Below, piece by piece: positions 40,187 to 50,900 of a stretch of DNA of 64,000 nucleotides. This DNA is from Armatimonadota bacterium (GTDB lineage: Bacteria; Armatimonadota; UBA5829; DSUL01): NCBI GenBank assembly GCA_039811685.1, contig JBDHZC010000001.1, positions 909,404 through 973,403 of the forward strand, read 5' to 3'. A program made the position numbers and the translations under genes. Within the stretch, counting starts at the first letter, position 1. Each line of letters opens with the position of its first letter. The notes beneath the pieces are model-generated. The model was not told the origin of the DNA and ran no database searches. It was given only the letters and a program-made list of their open reading frames with translations.

Positions 40187-41449
40187 ATGGCCCCAGACAG
40201 GATAGCCAGAGCTTATGAGCTGGCAAAGGAAAGATATGCGGAGCTGGGAGTTGACACAGACTCCGCAATGAGTCGGCTCAGCAGTATCCCTATCTCTTTG
40301 CACTGCTGGCAGGGCGACGATGTCGGCGGCTTCGAAAACGATGAAGGGCTGACGGGCGGGGGTATTCAGGCGACCGGAAACTACCCCGGTAAGGCGCGCA
40401 GCGCCGAGGAGCTGCGATCGGATCTGGATGAAGCTCTCCGCTTGATACCCGGTACCCACCGGCTGAACCTGCACTCTTTGTATGCAGAGACGGGCGGCAA
40501 AAAAGTGGAGCGCAACGAACTCGGCCCTGAGCACTTCAGCGCATGGATAGACTGGGCGAAGTCCAAGGGCATGGGGATGGACTTCAACCCGTCATTCTTC
40601 TCTCATCCTCTGGCTGATGACGGCTTCACACTGGCCAGCCGGGACAAAGCCACGCGCAAGTTCTGGATTGAGCACGCAGTCGCATGCCGCAAGATTGGCG
40701 AGGCGTTTGGGAAGGCTCTGCGCAGTGCGTGTGTTACGAACGTCTGGATTCCGGACGGGTACAAAGATTCTCCGATTGACCGCGCCGCCCCGCGCCAGAT
40801 ACTCACAGAGTCACTTGACGAGGTCTTTCGGGAGAAGATTGACGAGCGCTACAACCTGGATGCCGTCGAGTCCAAGCTCTTTGGCATTGGGTCTGAAAGC
40901 TATGTGGTCGGCTCACACGAGTTCTATCTGGGATACGCCATCACCCGGCACAAGCTCTACTGCCTGGACGCGGGTCACTATCACCCGACGGAGATGATTT
41001 CTGAGAAGATTACTTCTGTCCTGCTCTACTTGAACCAGCTCTTGCTGCACGTCAGCCGTGGAGTGCGCTGGGACAGTGACCACGTTGTGATTCTTTCAGA
41101 CGAGCTTCGCGCAATAGCTGAGGAGATCGTGCGTCACGGATACGAAGACCGTGTCCATATTGGGCTGGACTTCTTTGACGCCAGTATCAACCGCGTCGCG
41201 GCCTGGGTGGTCGGCACGCGCTCTATGCTGAAGGCGCTGCTCATCGCTCTCCTGGAGCCAACTGCGAAACTGAAAGACCTCGAGGCGGGCGGCGACTTCA
41301 CATCTCGCCTCGCGTTGCTGGAGGACCAGAAAACGTTGCCGTTTGGAAGCGTCTGGGACTACTACTGCCAGAGCCAGAGCGCGCCAGTTGGGGAAGAGTG
41401 GTTGAGCGAAGTCAAGCGCTACGAGAAAGATGTTCTACTAAAAAGATGA
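40187..41449 (+). CDS. rhaA: L-rhamnose isomerase
   Basis: [60 protein letters not shown] and [11 protein letters not shown]. Confidence 0.97.
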   Translation: MAPDRIARAYELAKERYAELGVDTDSAMSRLSSIPISLHCWQGDDVGGFENDEGLTGGGIQATGNYPGKARSAEELRSDLDEALRLIPGTHRLNLHSLYAETGGKKVERNELGPEHFSAWIDWAKSKGMGMDFNPSFFSHPLADDGFTLASRDKATRKFWIEHAVACRKIGEAFGKALRSACVTNVWIPDGYKDSPIDRAAPRQILTESLDEVFREKIDERYNLDAVESKLFGIGSESYVVGSHEFYLGYAITRHKLYCLDAGHYHPTEMISEKITSVLLYLNQLLLHVSRGVRWDSDHVVILSDELRAIAEEIVRHGYEDRVHIGLDFFDASINRVAAWVVGTRSMLKALLIALLEPTAKLKDLEAGGDFTSRLALLEDQKTLPFGSVWDYYCQSQSAPVGEEWLSEVKRYEKDVLLKR

Positions 41450-42126
41450 CATATCGGCAACTGGCGCTGTTGAGCGCGCTGATTCTAGCAATCACCGGCA
41501 GCGCCGTCTCTGCCCGCAATTCCGAGAAACTGTGGGCAAAAGACCTGGCCACGTTTGCCAGGGAAGATCGGAAGAGTCCGCCACCGAAAGAGGGGATTCT
41601 GTTTCTCGGCAGTTCCAGCATTCGTGCGTGGAAATCGCTCGAGACCGACTTTCGCGGGCTCCCCGTGTTCAACAGGGGCTTTGGCGGATCCATTATCAAG
41701 GACAGCACGGCGCTGGCTGACAGACTCGTTTTTCCTTACAAACCGCGCATGATCGTCTTCTACGCAGGTGACAATGACGTTGCTGCCGGGCACAGCGCTT
41801 CACAGATTGTAGAAGATTTTGCGCAATTCGTAGACACAGTTCACGCGAAACTGCCGGGCACGCGCATCGTTTTCGTTTCTATCAAGCCCAGTCCTTCACG
41901 ATGGAAGTTTCAGGGTGTTATGCGAGAAGCGAACGAGCGCATATTTGCGATGACTCTTCGGAATCCAAATCTTGATTTTGTCAATGTTTTTGACGCAATG
42001 TTGGACACAAACGGGCAACCTCGAAAAGACATCTTCACGTCCGATATGCTTCATATGAACGCTAAGGGCTATGCGCTTTGGACGGCACTGGTGACGCCGC
42101 ATCTGAGGATACAGCAATCTCGCTGA
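41446..42126 (+). CDS. Secreted SGNH/GDSL esterase
   Basis: FLGSSS, NRGFGGS, YAGDND and DMLHMN..GY; ATGA overlap with rhaA. Confidence 0.9.
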   Translation: MTYRQLALLSALILAITGSAVSARNSEKLWAKDLATFAREDRKSPPPKEGILFLGSSSIRAWKSLETDFRGLPVFNRGFGGSIIKDSTALADRLVFPYKPRMIVFYAGDNDVAAGHSASQIVEDFAQFVDTVHAKLPGTRIVFVSIKPSPSRWKFQGVMREANERIFAMTLRNPNLDFVNVFDAMLDTNGQPRKDIFTSDMLHMNAKGYALWTALVTPHLRIQQSR

Positions 42127-44128
42127 GATGGAAGCTGAGTGCGCGACCGTCCGGCCAGGATTCGTGAATCAGGCGTCGTAACCGGGCTTTCAGTCCTACA
42201 GCGCTGTTTTGCCTATCATTCTCCAGGAGATACTGGCGGTAGGTCAACTCGGAAGAAGCGCGTACCTCAATGAGCGCATAGCGATATCTCTGAAGTGAAC
42301 GCGGGAGGGGAAAGGTCGCGGTAAAGCGCCCTCCAGAGACGTCTTTTTCACCGAGAGGTACACCCATAGACGTGACCTGGAGAGTGAGAGGTCTGGACGA
42401 ACCGGCTGGAGTTGCGCCCGAAATGGACACGGACTTGTCCGCGCTATCTATCGGCAGCCAGACGCTTGCCTGAGGGCCGGCCCAACCATCGGCAGGGAAG
42501 ACTCCACCTACTATCTGGGCGGGGTTGGCAGGCTCTTCCAGAAAACTCAGCTTCGGTTGGAATCGGCTCAACGATTCTCTTTTCAGAAGAAACTCATACA
42601 TTTTTCTGAAATCCTGAGAAGGGACGTATTCAAACGTCCGGTATCCCCCGAAGTCGTCTACCTCCGCACCACAGAACTTGCGCTCCTGGACCCAGGAATT
42701 CGGCGAGGACTCCATCTGTGTGGGCGTCACAATCAGGCGCACAGACTTCTCTGGGTGAGGAAGTCTGTCCAAACGCTGCCTGGTGGACGGCTGAAAGGCG
42801 TCTACAAAGCGCCGCTGCGCGAGGAAGGAGATTTCCGGCGCCTGTAGCCAATCCCAGTACCCAATGACGCCGCCTGAATCCACAAAGGAGCGCGCGCTTG
42901 CGGCAGCCTGCTTCTGGTAAGCTAACTCAGGACTCGCTACCTGACTGAAAACAGAGGCGATCTGACGCACAATGAGCAACGCCAACAGAACAGCGCCGCC
43001 CCACGCACAAAACGCTGCAAGTAAGGTTCTCAATCCAGAGTAAACGCCGATGCGCACTGCACAGAATAAGCTGTAGGCAATGAGAGGGCAGAAGAGAAGA
43101 GCGGCTGGCAATGTGTGACGCCACCATCCCTGGTTAGGTGTAAACAGCCACCAGGCAAAGTTGACTCCGCAGAAAACGATCAGAAATATCTCTGCAAGCC
43201 TCCATGAGTCCCCTTTCACCGCTTTCACCAGACGAGGCAGGCGCGCCATATGGTGCAGGAAGACTATGGCTGCGAGAAAGACGACTATCACGCCTGGCAC
43301 CCCAAAGGCGCTTTGAAGCGCGTGGAGGCGATGCTGAAAACCGGACGAGCCAGCCTCCCCTGCCCCGCTTTTCAACAGGAAGTAAAACCCGAGCTTGGTT
43401 GCCAGGTATCCGTGCAGACCCAGTGAAGCGTACTGAACAACTTCCCACCCTATCAGCGGAGCCGCAAAACCGGCAAAGGCGCGGGCATAAAACGTGAAGG
43501 GAAGCCGCACAGCGGGCCACGAGACAGCAGTTTCCAGAACTCCAAGCGCAAGCAGCGGCGCAACTGTCATAACGAGAAGGAACTTGGTCAGAGCAGCCAG
43601 GCCAAAGCACAGACCAGCAACAACCGGCCGACGCTGCGCAAGTAGAAGCAAGCCCAGTAGCAACCAGAATACACCCGGTAGCTCACCAAGCGCCTTCAAG
43701 CCAAACTCAAAGACGCCCGGCATCGCAAGCGCAAGCAGCACTGCCAGCGTCGCCTGCTTTTTTCCGTAGAGGCGCGCGCTTGTGCACCCCACCAGAGCAA
43801 ACGCTCCGATAAAGTACAGAAGCATTACAAGACGTCCCTGCCAGAGGCCTGTACCAAACAGCTTGAAAGCGAGAGCAATCGGAGCCAGGACCGGCGGCCC
43901 AGTGCTGATCACAGGGTTGAAAGGAATCAGGTGATCTGCCGTTGTCGCGTACCCGGCGCCTGCCGCCAGACTTGCGGGTATCTGCAGATTGAAGCCTTCG
44001 TCAAAATCCACACAGGCGCGCGAGGCAAAAAGGACGGCCAGCAAAGCGAGGATTAACAATCCCGGCGCAGTCAGCCGCTGGAGGAGCTGGTGAAAAACTG
44101 AAGAACCCGAGTGAGAGCTAACTGCCAT
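42062..44128 (-). CDS. GT-C fold membrane glycosyltransferase (ArnT/PMT family 39-like)
   Basis: FDEG in the first loop, many TM segments, LAALTK motif and a C-terminal soluble domain. Confidence 0.75.
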   Translation of the reverse strand: MAVSSHSGSSVFHQLLQRLTAPGLLILALLAVLFASRACVDFDEGFNLQIPASLAAGAGYATTADHLIPFNPVISTGPPVLAPIALAFKLFGTGLWQGRLVMLLYFIGAFALVGCTSARLYGKKQATLAVLLALAMPGVFEFGLKALGELPGVFWLLLGLLLLAQRRPVVAGLCFGLAALTKFLLVMTVAPLLALGVLETAVSWPAVRLPFTFYARAFAGFAAPLIGWEVVQYASLGLHGYLATKLGFYFLLKSGAGEAGSSGFQHRLHALQSAFGVPGVIVVFLAAIVFLHHMARLPRLVKAVKGDSWRLAEIFLIVFCGVNFAWWLFTPNQGWWRHTLPAALLFCPLIAYSLFCAVRIGVYSGLRTLLAAFCAWGGAVLLALLIVRQIASVFSQVASPELAYQKQAAASARSFVDSGGVIGYWDWLQAPEISFLAQRRFVDAFQPSTRQRLDRLPHPEKSVRLIVTPTQMESSPNSWVQERKFCGAEVDDFGGYRTFEYVPSQDFRKMYEFLLKRESLSRFQPKLSFLEEPANPAQIVGGVFPADGWAGPQASVWLPIDSADKSVSISGATPAGSSRPLTLQVTSMGVPLGEKDVSGGRFTATFPLPRSLQRYRYALIEVRASSELTYRQYLLENDRQNSAVGLKARLRRLIHESWPDGRALSFHLSEIAVSSDAASPVPSKAHSP

Positions 44129-44181
44129 AGGAGTAGAGGCTCACCGGCCCAGAGCGAAAAAAACAGGGGAAAAAGAAAAAG

Positions 44182-44254
<73 letters not shown>

Positions 44255-44370
44255 ACGTCGCATCTATTTATAGCATGCATTCTGGCGTTTTTCCAGCGTT
44301 TCTTGCAGTCTTTTCACTTTGCTTCATAAGAGTTACGCACTTCATCGCCCGGCGCACTATCGCCCGCTGA

Positions 44371-47300
44371 CTACGGAGAGCTGGCAAGCCTGACGATGGA
44401 GCGCTCGATTCGGCTGCTGATGCGAGGCTCGCCCCACGCGCCCCAGTCTGCGACGGTATTGTTTTGTGGGCCGCAATCTGACATCAAGCGCAGCGATACT
44501 TGTTTGCCCGCCCAGGGGGAAAGATCCGCATCCAGTGGCGTCCACCGCCGCTGCGCCCACGTCTCCTCTGCCACCTTGACAGGCGCTTTGCTCGGTTCGA
44601 GAACCCACACGGAGAATACCACACCATCTGTGTTTGCGCCGCCATCCTTTATGCCCACATAACTGTAGAAGCCCGCGTTCTCAGGCACGACGAAAGGCAA
44701 GCTGTCTCCAAATACCGCGCCCACTTTGCCGATGTAGGGTGGATGGGTGAAAATGGCACGCTTTGTTACTCCACCACTCGTTATCTGCTCCACGTTCCAC
44801 TGAGCGCCACTCGCACTGTCAGATGGTGTCTGCCTGTTCTGGCGATCGACAGTGGCCCAGTTCCACGTCCAAGACGGTGACGTTAGATCAAGGTTGATAA
44901 GGCTGCCTTTTTCGACGATGAAATTGATCTTCTTCGTCAGATCCGGACGCATGCGATCCACGACGACAAGACTTGCCGGACCTGTGACATCGCTCTGCGG
45001 GCGCACGCTCAACAGGAGCTGACCGCGCTTTTTCTCATCCGCCTGTGGACTGAGCGCAGCGGACACACCCGCTACCTGTTGCAACTCCAAATCTGTTTCC
45101 TGGCCACCGGCGTCTTCCTGGACAGTCATCTGTAGAGAACCATCTGAAAGCGTCCGGGCACTTCCAAAGACAAGCGGTAATCCTCGCTTCACGTCAACAT
45201 CAACAGCGGCTCCCGCGGCGGACAACCACGTGTGCCCCTGCGCGCCGGCCGGAACGCTGAACACTATACCAGAGTCAGAGGTGATGCTCTGGCCAGGCGC
45301 CGCCTGCAGAGAAGGTAGTGCAGGAGGCTCTGGCAGGTCTTTCCCAGGGGAAAATCTGTACGTTCGCCCACCCGGTACCGTGTCAAACCAGAGGTAGCCT
45401 GCCTGCCCTCTCCTTACAGATCGAGAACCTAGAGACCGGCCGTTCGCGTCAAGAGCTTCGACGCGACCACCTCTTGCGCCACTCTTGAAGCCGATCTCGC
45501 TGTTGCCTCCAATATCCATCAGAGTGTCACCCGTGAGAACGACTGCGCCCGAACACGCCAGCGAACCCACTCTCTGCATAGTTCCGCGACTGTCCAGGTA
45601 CTCGTACTGCGGAGTGTGACAGTAGTCCGTCCGTTGTCCGCCGGAGAGCGCAGAGCTTTCAAACAGATCTGAGTCCGGACTCCACGCCGCCCATCCCCAC
45701 GCAGGCAGAAAAATCTGCCCACGGGGCGTCTCAATCTCCCAGGGGTCATGAGATCCGTTCACGAAAAGCTGCAGGACGCCGTAATCCACACGCAACCGGG
45801 ACAGAGAAAAGAAACCCTTGTCCAGGGCTTCTGAAGCGCTGGCGAAACGGCCATCACCGTCCGCGTATTCGATCTTTTTCGGCGTGACTCCCGCGTAAAG
45901 CGCGGTGACTGGCCGCAGCATATAGTAGCTGCGGCACGTACGCGAAATCCCATACTTCTCTTCGACAAGCCATCCGATGTGCCCGTAAGCCAGAGTTGCG
46001 GCAAGAAAATGGTCTATGGAGGCGTCAATGCGCTGCGGTTGATCCCATCCCGGGTCGTTGCGGAAGAACTGCGCGGTCCAGGGCACCCCAATATCCGCTT
46101 CTTTCGGATGTATCTGATACAGATCGAAGGCGACATTCAGCGGCTCCTGCGCAGGGTCAACGCCGGGGTAGCACAGCCCATAGTTGCCAGTCGCCAGCCC
46201 CGCATAGTAGCACTGATAGCTGCCTTCGGAGTGCACGATTCCGTAAACACGCTGGTCGTTCAGCAGCAATTCGCCGTAACAATAGAAAGTCTGAGCAAAC
46301 GTCCCTGCACCCGGGACGCGTGCGTCGAAGTCTGTGTAGACCCACGGAGCAATCGCTGTCTGAACATCGGTGTAAGCTGCGTCGGTGTCGAACTTCTTCT
46401 GAATCTGAGGCGCCAGCAGTGCGTCAAGTTCAACGGCCCGTGACGGCTTCAGAGCGTAATTGCGCGGCCACGCAGGACGCCAGTCACCGTTCGGCTCTCT
46501 CTGGACGTAGTCTTCGTTCCAGAAAGCATTCACAGGCGCAAAGTCGGTATAGTTGGTGTAGAGACCAGCGCGCCATCCGAGCGACTTCTGATGAGCGATG
46601 TAGTTCTCAAGGGCTTCATCCCCGCCTCTGCCAGGCGCAGCCCGGGTGCGCAACGTGAAGCTTTCTCCGTTGTCTCGCCACGTGATCTCGTGGTTGCACT
46701 GAATGAGATTCTTGATCCCGTAGGATGCCAGCACGTCCGAGCGGTCCATCTCCTGCTGATAGTTTTGCGGCCCCCAGCTCTCCTGCCACAAATACTCACC
46801 AGCCAGCTTGACATTCGCAGCGGGCGGGTTGTCTATGGTCGGATAGACTTCTTCGAAGGTCGGTGAAAGTGTGACGAAGAAGCGCTCGTAGAGATCGTTG
46901 CGCCTGCCGTCCGTTCTTGGAAGATAGCGCACACCCCCATTGACGCGGGCGGAAGAACCCTGAATGTCAGTTTGCGCATAGAGTGCGGACGCATTAGAGC
47001 GATACCAGTCCGCCCACACCGAGCCAAAATAGGCGCCTGCGTCAGAGCGCGCCATCAGAACGGCAGGGTTCCCGGGAGCAATAGTCAGGTAGGGAGTGAA
47101 GATAAGCTGAGGGGAACTGACGCCCTCGAAGCGCCCGAAATCCAGACCGGTCGCATCCCCACCCCTGCACACACAGTCCACTACAAGAGATTTCTGCCAG
47201 ATGCGCACAGTCCACTCTACCGACGTACCTTGGATCCTGTAAGTAGCCCGAACGGTGTCACCTTCGCGCCGTGCGCTGACAAAGGCAGGGACACGCCCGT

Positions 47301-48261
47301 CTTCAAACAGGACACCAGCGCCGGAGAGCGGACGAAGCGTCTGTCCGCTTATCTGCGCGCTGACAGTGTCTGGAGGGCCTTTCGACGGCTCCCAGAAGTA
47401 GCTGACATCTGCGCTATTGCCCGATGAATAGCGAAACGTAAAGCGTCCGCCTGCTTCAGAAACGGTGCTAGTGGACGGTCCACTGAGGCTCATCGGCAGG
47501 ATAGTCTGCTCTCTTGTGGGAAACGGCAGACGCCCCTGCCCGGTGTTCAGTCCCGCGCTTTGACCCTCAAACATGTCAACACCGCGCTTTGGGCGTGGCG
47601 CAAAAGAAAGAGGCTTGAGCTCTTCTTTGTAGAAAACAAGGTTGTCGAAGTAGATGGCGCGCTGCTGGGTATTGGTGACATTCCTGATGCGAAAGCCGAC
47701 AAACTCACCACCCTGCAGCCGACTGCGAACATCGTCAGGAATTCGCTTGTGCACAAGCCACCACTGCATCCACCGGACATTGACGAGCGGGACTTCTATA
47801 TTCGCGCCTGCTGCGTCTTTGAACAGCAGTGAAATGTCAATGCGAGGTGTTGAAGGGTCGGGAGCGAACTCCCAGTTGTTGCCGTAAATCCACACGTTGG
47901 CGCTGTTGAAGTCAGGTGGCAGAGGAATTGGTGTGTCGCGGCGCAAAACGATCTCACTCTGTGGACCAACGCCCTGGTAAGAGAGCTTCGCGACATACTT
48001 GCCAAATAGCTGCTGTTCTCGAGTCCGTCCGAAATCAGCCTGGGCGCCACCTGTCTCTTCGATAGTCCAGTTGAGCGGTTCCTGAAAACTCTCCTGGCCC
48101 TGGCGCTGATCGGAGTCCCGGTGCGCCCAGTCCAGTTCATATGGACGCGAACCGACAGGCCCCACGGGGTCAGAGGTTTCGTGCACCTGCTTGACCTCTG
48201 CTCCCTGCGCCATAGACACAGCCGCGAGCGCACAGATTAGAGCCCAAACAAGAAGGCGCAC
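44371..48261 (-). CDS. Large secreted multidomain protein, putative glycoside hydrolase with CBM-like domains
   Basis: Signal peptide; aromatic-rich core (GLYTNYTDFAP, AYTDV, HSEG) resembling TIM-barrel glycosidases; C-terminal NPCBM-like region (HPPY...DGVVF...WGEPRI). Confidence 0.6.
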   Translation of the reverse strand: MRLLVWALICALAAVSMAQGAEVKQVHETSDPVGPVGSRPYELDWAHRDSDQRQGQESFQEPLNWTIEETGGAQADFGRTREQQLFGKYVAKLSYQGVGPQSEIVLRRDTPIPLPPDFNSANVWIYGNNWEFAPDPSTPRIDISLLFKDAAGANIEVPLVNVRWMQWWLVHKRIPDDVRSRLQGGEFVGFRIRNVTNTQQRAIYFDNLVFYKEELKPLSFAPRPKRGVDMFEGQSAGLNTGQGRLPFPTREQTILPMSLSGPSTSTVSEAGGRFTFRYSSGNSADVSYFWEPSKGPPDTVSAQISGQTLRPLSGAGVLFEDGRVPAFVSARREGDTVRATYRIQGTSVEWTVRIWQKSLVVDCVCRGGDATGLDFGRFEGVSSPQLIFTPYLTIAPGNPAVLMARSDAGAYFGSVWADWYRSNASALYAQTDIQGSSARVNGGVRYLPRTDGRRNDLYERFFVTLSPTFEEVYPTIDNPPAANVKLAGEYLWQESWGPQNYQQEMDRSDVLASYGIKNLIQCNHEITWRDNGESFTLRTRAAPGRGGDEALENYIAHQKSLGWRAGLYTNYTDFAPVNAFWNEDYVQREPNGDWRPAWPRNYALKPSRAVELDALLAPQIQKKFDTDAAYTDVQTAIAPWVYTDFDARVPGAGTFAQTFYCYGELLLNDQRVYGIVHSEGSYQCYYAGLATGNYGLCYPGVDPAQEPLNVAFDLYQIHPKEADIGVPWTAQFFRNDPGWDQPQRIDASIDHFLAATLAYGHIGWLVEEKYGISRTCRSYYMLRPVTALYAGVTPKKIEYADGDGRFASASEALDKGFFSLSRLRVDYGVLQLFVNGSHDPWEIETPRGQIFLPAWGWAAWSPDSDLFESSALSGGQRTDYCHTPQYEYLDSRGTMQRVGSLACSGAVVLTGDTLMDIGGNSEIGFKSGARGGRVEALDANGRSLGSRSVRRGQAGYLWFDTVPGGRTYRFSPGKDLPEPPALPSLQAAPGQSITSDSGIVFSVPAGAQGHTWLSAAGAAVDVDVKRGLPLVFGSARTLSDGSLQMTVQEDAGGQETDLELQQVAGVSAALSPQADEKKRGQLLLSVRPQSDVTGPASLVVVDRMRPDLTKKINFIVEKGSLINLDLTSPSWTWNWATVDRQNRQTPSDSASGAQWNVEQITSGGVTKRAIFTHPPYIGKVGAVFGDSLPFVVPENAGFYSYVGIKDGGANTDGVVFSVWVLEPSKAPVKVAEETWAQRRWTPLDADLSPWAGKQVSLRLMSDCGPQNNTVADWGAWGEPRISSRIERSIVRLASSP

Positions 48262-48313
48262 TAGACTAGCGGCTCCTCAGAATCAGTCTCTGCACTGACT
48301 CTGGCCGTTGCGG

Positions 48314-49132
48314 CTAGTCCACAATGAACTCACCACCATCCACCCCGATGATATTGCCGGTAATCCAGTAGGTCTCCGGGCGCGCGAGCGCAACAATGGC
48401 GCTGGCGACGTCTTCGGGAGTAGTCAGGCGGTTATAGGGGTTCTTGGCGGTGGCGAACTCGATCATCTGCTCACTGCTCGGGATCTTACGCAGCGCTGGA
48501 GTATCTGTTACTCCGGCTCTCAGCGAGTTGGCGGTAATGCCGTAAGGCGCAAGCTCAAGCGAAAGCTGGCGAATATGAGAGTTGAGCGCGCACTTTGCGG
48601 CTGACACAGCGCCGTAAGCTGGCCACATTCGTTCGTCTCCCGCACTCGTCATCCCGTAAATGCGTCCACCCCTGTCCAGCAGCTTTGCCCGCAACAGGTC
48701 CTGAACCCACCACACGAGACTGCTGCCCATAACATCAACAGTCATATCCATGTTGGATTTGTTAATGGCGTCTTCCGGGCGCTCGGTGATGTAGGGCTTT
48801 AGTGTGCCAAAAGCGAGCGAATGCAGAAGTACCCGCACACGCTTTCCTTCCGGCGCACCCTGGAGGAGCTCCAACATCTGGGTGACAACCTCGCCGCGTT
48901 TGTCCTCATCGGCCGCATTGACGTTGAAGAATATTGCTTTTCGTCCCGCCGCTTCGATATCCGTTTTGAGTCTGTCCACATTCTCCATGGTGGAGCGCCG
49001 ATCCAGGTGCACACCGAAGATGTTCATACCGGCTTCACTGGCCAGTGCCCTGCACGCAGCCGCGCCAAAACCGCTGGATGCGCCCAGAATCAGCGCCCAA
49101 GCCCCCTCAAGGGACGAAACGTTCTGTGTCAA
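48314..49132 (-). CDS. SDR oxidoreductase, enoyl-ACP reductase (FabL)-like
   Basis: LGASSGFG, YGAVSAAK, AGVTDTPAL and RLTTPEDVA; GGAGGT SD before TTG 49132. Confidence 0.8.
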   Translation of the reverse strand: MTQNVSSLEGAWALILGASSGFGAAACRALASEAGMNIFGVHLDRRSTMENVDRLKTDIEAAGRKAIFFNVNAADEDKRGEVVTQMLELLQGAPEGKRVRVLLHSLAFGTLKPYITERPEDAINKSNMDMTVDVMGSSLVWWVQDLLRAKLLDRGGRIYGMTSAGDERMWPAYGAVSAAKCALNSHIRQLSLELAPYGITANSLRAGVTDTPALRKIPSSEQMIEFATAKNPYNRLTTPEDVASAIVALARPETYWITGNIIGVDGGEFIVD

Positions 49133-49151
49133 CCCGAAGATACCTCCAACT

Positions 49152-49580
49152 TCACGAAACCAACCGCACAACAAACGGATATCGATAGTACTGTCCGTTG
49201 CTGGCCGCTAACCCCGCTAGAATACCGAAAACCAGATCAAGAATCAAGAGAGCGCCAAATACCAGGATCGCTGCCGGCACGACGATCAGAGATCCAACTC
49301 CGCAGGTTACAAGAGTTAGCATCGTCCCCGCAAGTCCAAAGATGAGCGCGGCAATCAGAATTGTCAACTGAAAATTGAGCGCCTCTTTTGCCTGGTCAGC
49401 GATATAGGCGGACTGATCCTTCTCTATCAGCCAGACAATAAGCGGGCCGATAAGGCCCAGCAGTCCCCAGTTCGCCAGAAATACTGAGAGAAGAGACCCG
49501 GACAGATGCGCGGCCACAGCCCAGTTGCGCTCCCGTGCCGACGGTCCGGCTCCACTGTGCGGCGGAAGTAGTGTTGCCAT
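49152..49580 (-). CDS. DUF4870 (Tic20-like) membrane protein
   Basis: ER.WA..AHLS, GPLIVWL, QAKEALNFQ and G..YRYP. Confidence 0.9.
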   Translation of the reverse strand: MATLLPPHSGAGPSARERNWAVAAHLSGSLLSVFLANWGLLGLIGPLIVWLIEKDQSAYIADQAKEALNFQLTILIAALIFGLAGTMLTLVTCGVGSLIVVPAAILVFGALLILDLVFGILAGLAASNGQYYRYPFVVRLVS

Positions 49581-49589
49581 GGCAAAGCG

Positions 49590-50621
49590 TCAGCTTTCTA
49601 CTCCATTGCTGGAGATGAGAAAGTCCTCCAGCTCCTGCACACTGGTGAAAATCCGCTCACACAGTGCCTCAAAGAACGGGCTGCGAACATGCGGGAAGTA
49701 GGCGTAGACGGGTTTGTTGTATCTGTAGGCGAAGTTCATTTCCGAAAGTACGCCCGGCGATATCTTGTCTGTCGGATACATGACAACAACGAAGTCGCTC
49801 TGGTGAATGAACTGATAGTCTCTGTCCACTGTGCGCGTCTTTATCTGGTCGATCATGCGCGAGTCGATGTCTGTGATGCTCGTCTCTTTGTCCGCCCTCT
49901 CCAACTCACGAGCCAGTCCCATGTCTTTGATGTACATTGGGTCGAAGCAGATGAAGTTCTCGCGCAGCCTGTTGACCAGTCCTCGAATACGCTCAACTTC
50001 TTCTGAGGTCTCCTCCAGCACCGTTATGGGATAGCTCAGATAGAACTTCTTCTTGTGCCCGAAAACCAGGTCATAGACATCGGCGACTGGCTGTTCCAGC
50101 GCTACGGTGTAGAACGGTTTTCCCGAGATGTTGGCGAGCTGCTCAGTGAGGAATTCTTCCTCATCCATCCACACACCGACCTCATCGCTCTTCATCCAGC
50201 TCCACTGCGGATTGTTCTTGAAGCGCTCTATAACGTCCTGTATGTTGTCCACAACATTCAGAAATATATCAGCCGGAAACTCCAGAACTTCCCTGTAAGA
50301 CATGCCCTCCATCAGGACGCCGCGCCATCGAAAACACGCGTGAATGCCAACCATCGAATGCTGTGTCTTTTGCGCCTCAAGGGAAATCTTGTAGAAGGCT
50401 GTGCGCCGCGCTAAAGACAGCACTGTAGCATCGGAATCCAGCACCTTGAGATCTGTGAAGTTGATCCCGGACTCTCGGGCGGTCTGCTTCATGACGTTTC
50501 CGATATCGAAAAAGCTGATATCGGCCTTCTTTTCGCGGCAGAGATTTTCAAACTCCGCCATGAACTCCTTGCGTCCCGAGTTAGAAATTCCGGTGACGAT
50601 GATCTTCAAGGCGCGGTGCAA
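49590..50621 (-). CDS. Archaeal adenylate-kinase-like P-loop domain fused to nucleoside 2-deoxyribosyltransferase-like domain
   Basis: IIVTGISNSGRK, DIGNVM and IHACFRW resemble archaeal AdkA; FYLSYP...DYQFI.QSD.VVV...SPGVLSEM.FA....KPVY resembles the NDT/Rcl fold; AGGAGG SD. Confidence 0.65.
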   Translation of the reverse strand: MHRALKIIVTGISNSGRKEFMAEFENLCREKKADISFFDIGNVMKQTARESGINFTDLKVLDSDATVLSLARRTAFYKISLEAQKTQHSMVGIHACFRWRGVLMEGMSYREVLEFPADIFLNVVDNIQDVIERFKNNPQWSWMKSDEVGVWMDEEEFLTEQLANISGKPFYTVALEQPVADVYDLVFGHKKKFYLSYPITVLEETSEEVERIRGLVNRLRENFICFDPMYIKDMGLARELERADKETSITDIDSRMIDQIKTRTVDRDYQFIHQSDFVVVMYPTDKISPGVLSEMNFAYRYNKPVYAYFPHVRSPFFEALCERIFTSVQELEDFLISSNGVES

Positions 50622-50900
50622 TCCTCCTGATGCCCGGTAATGTTACCTGGCGTAGCTTACTTCTACCCTACTCCAGGCAACTCCTGCCAGGCAGAGGTGA
50701 TGGGGATGAAAGGGACTGGGTAAGGAGCGCAGCGTACCTGTACACGGTGATGACCTCATCCGCTTAGAATTAGGAGCAGTACAGGAGAGCTTGATCTACG
50801 CGACTCGCAGAGGAGTGCTCGTATTAGAAATCGGCAACGGAGTCAATAAACCTCCATGCCTGTGGCGTTTGTCGAGAAGGACGATTGAGGTGGTGAGGAA

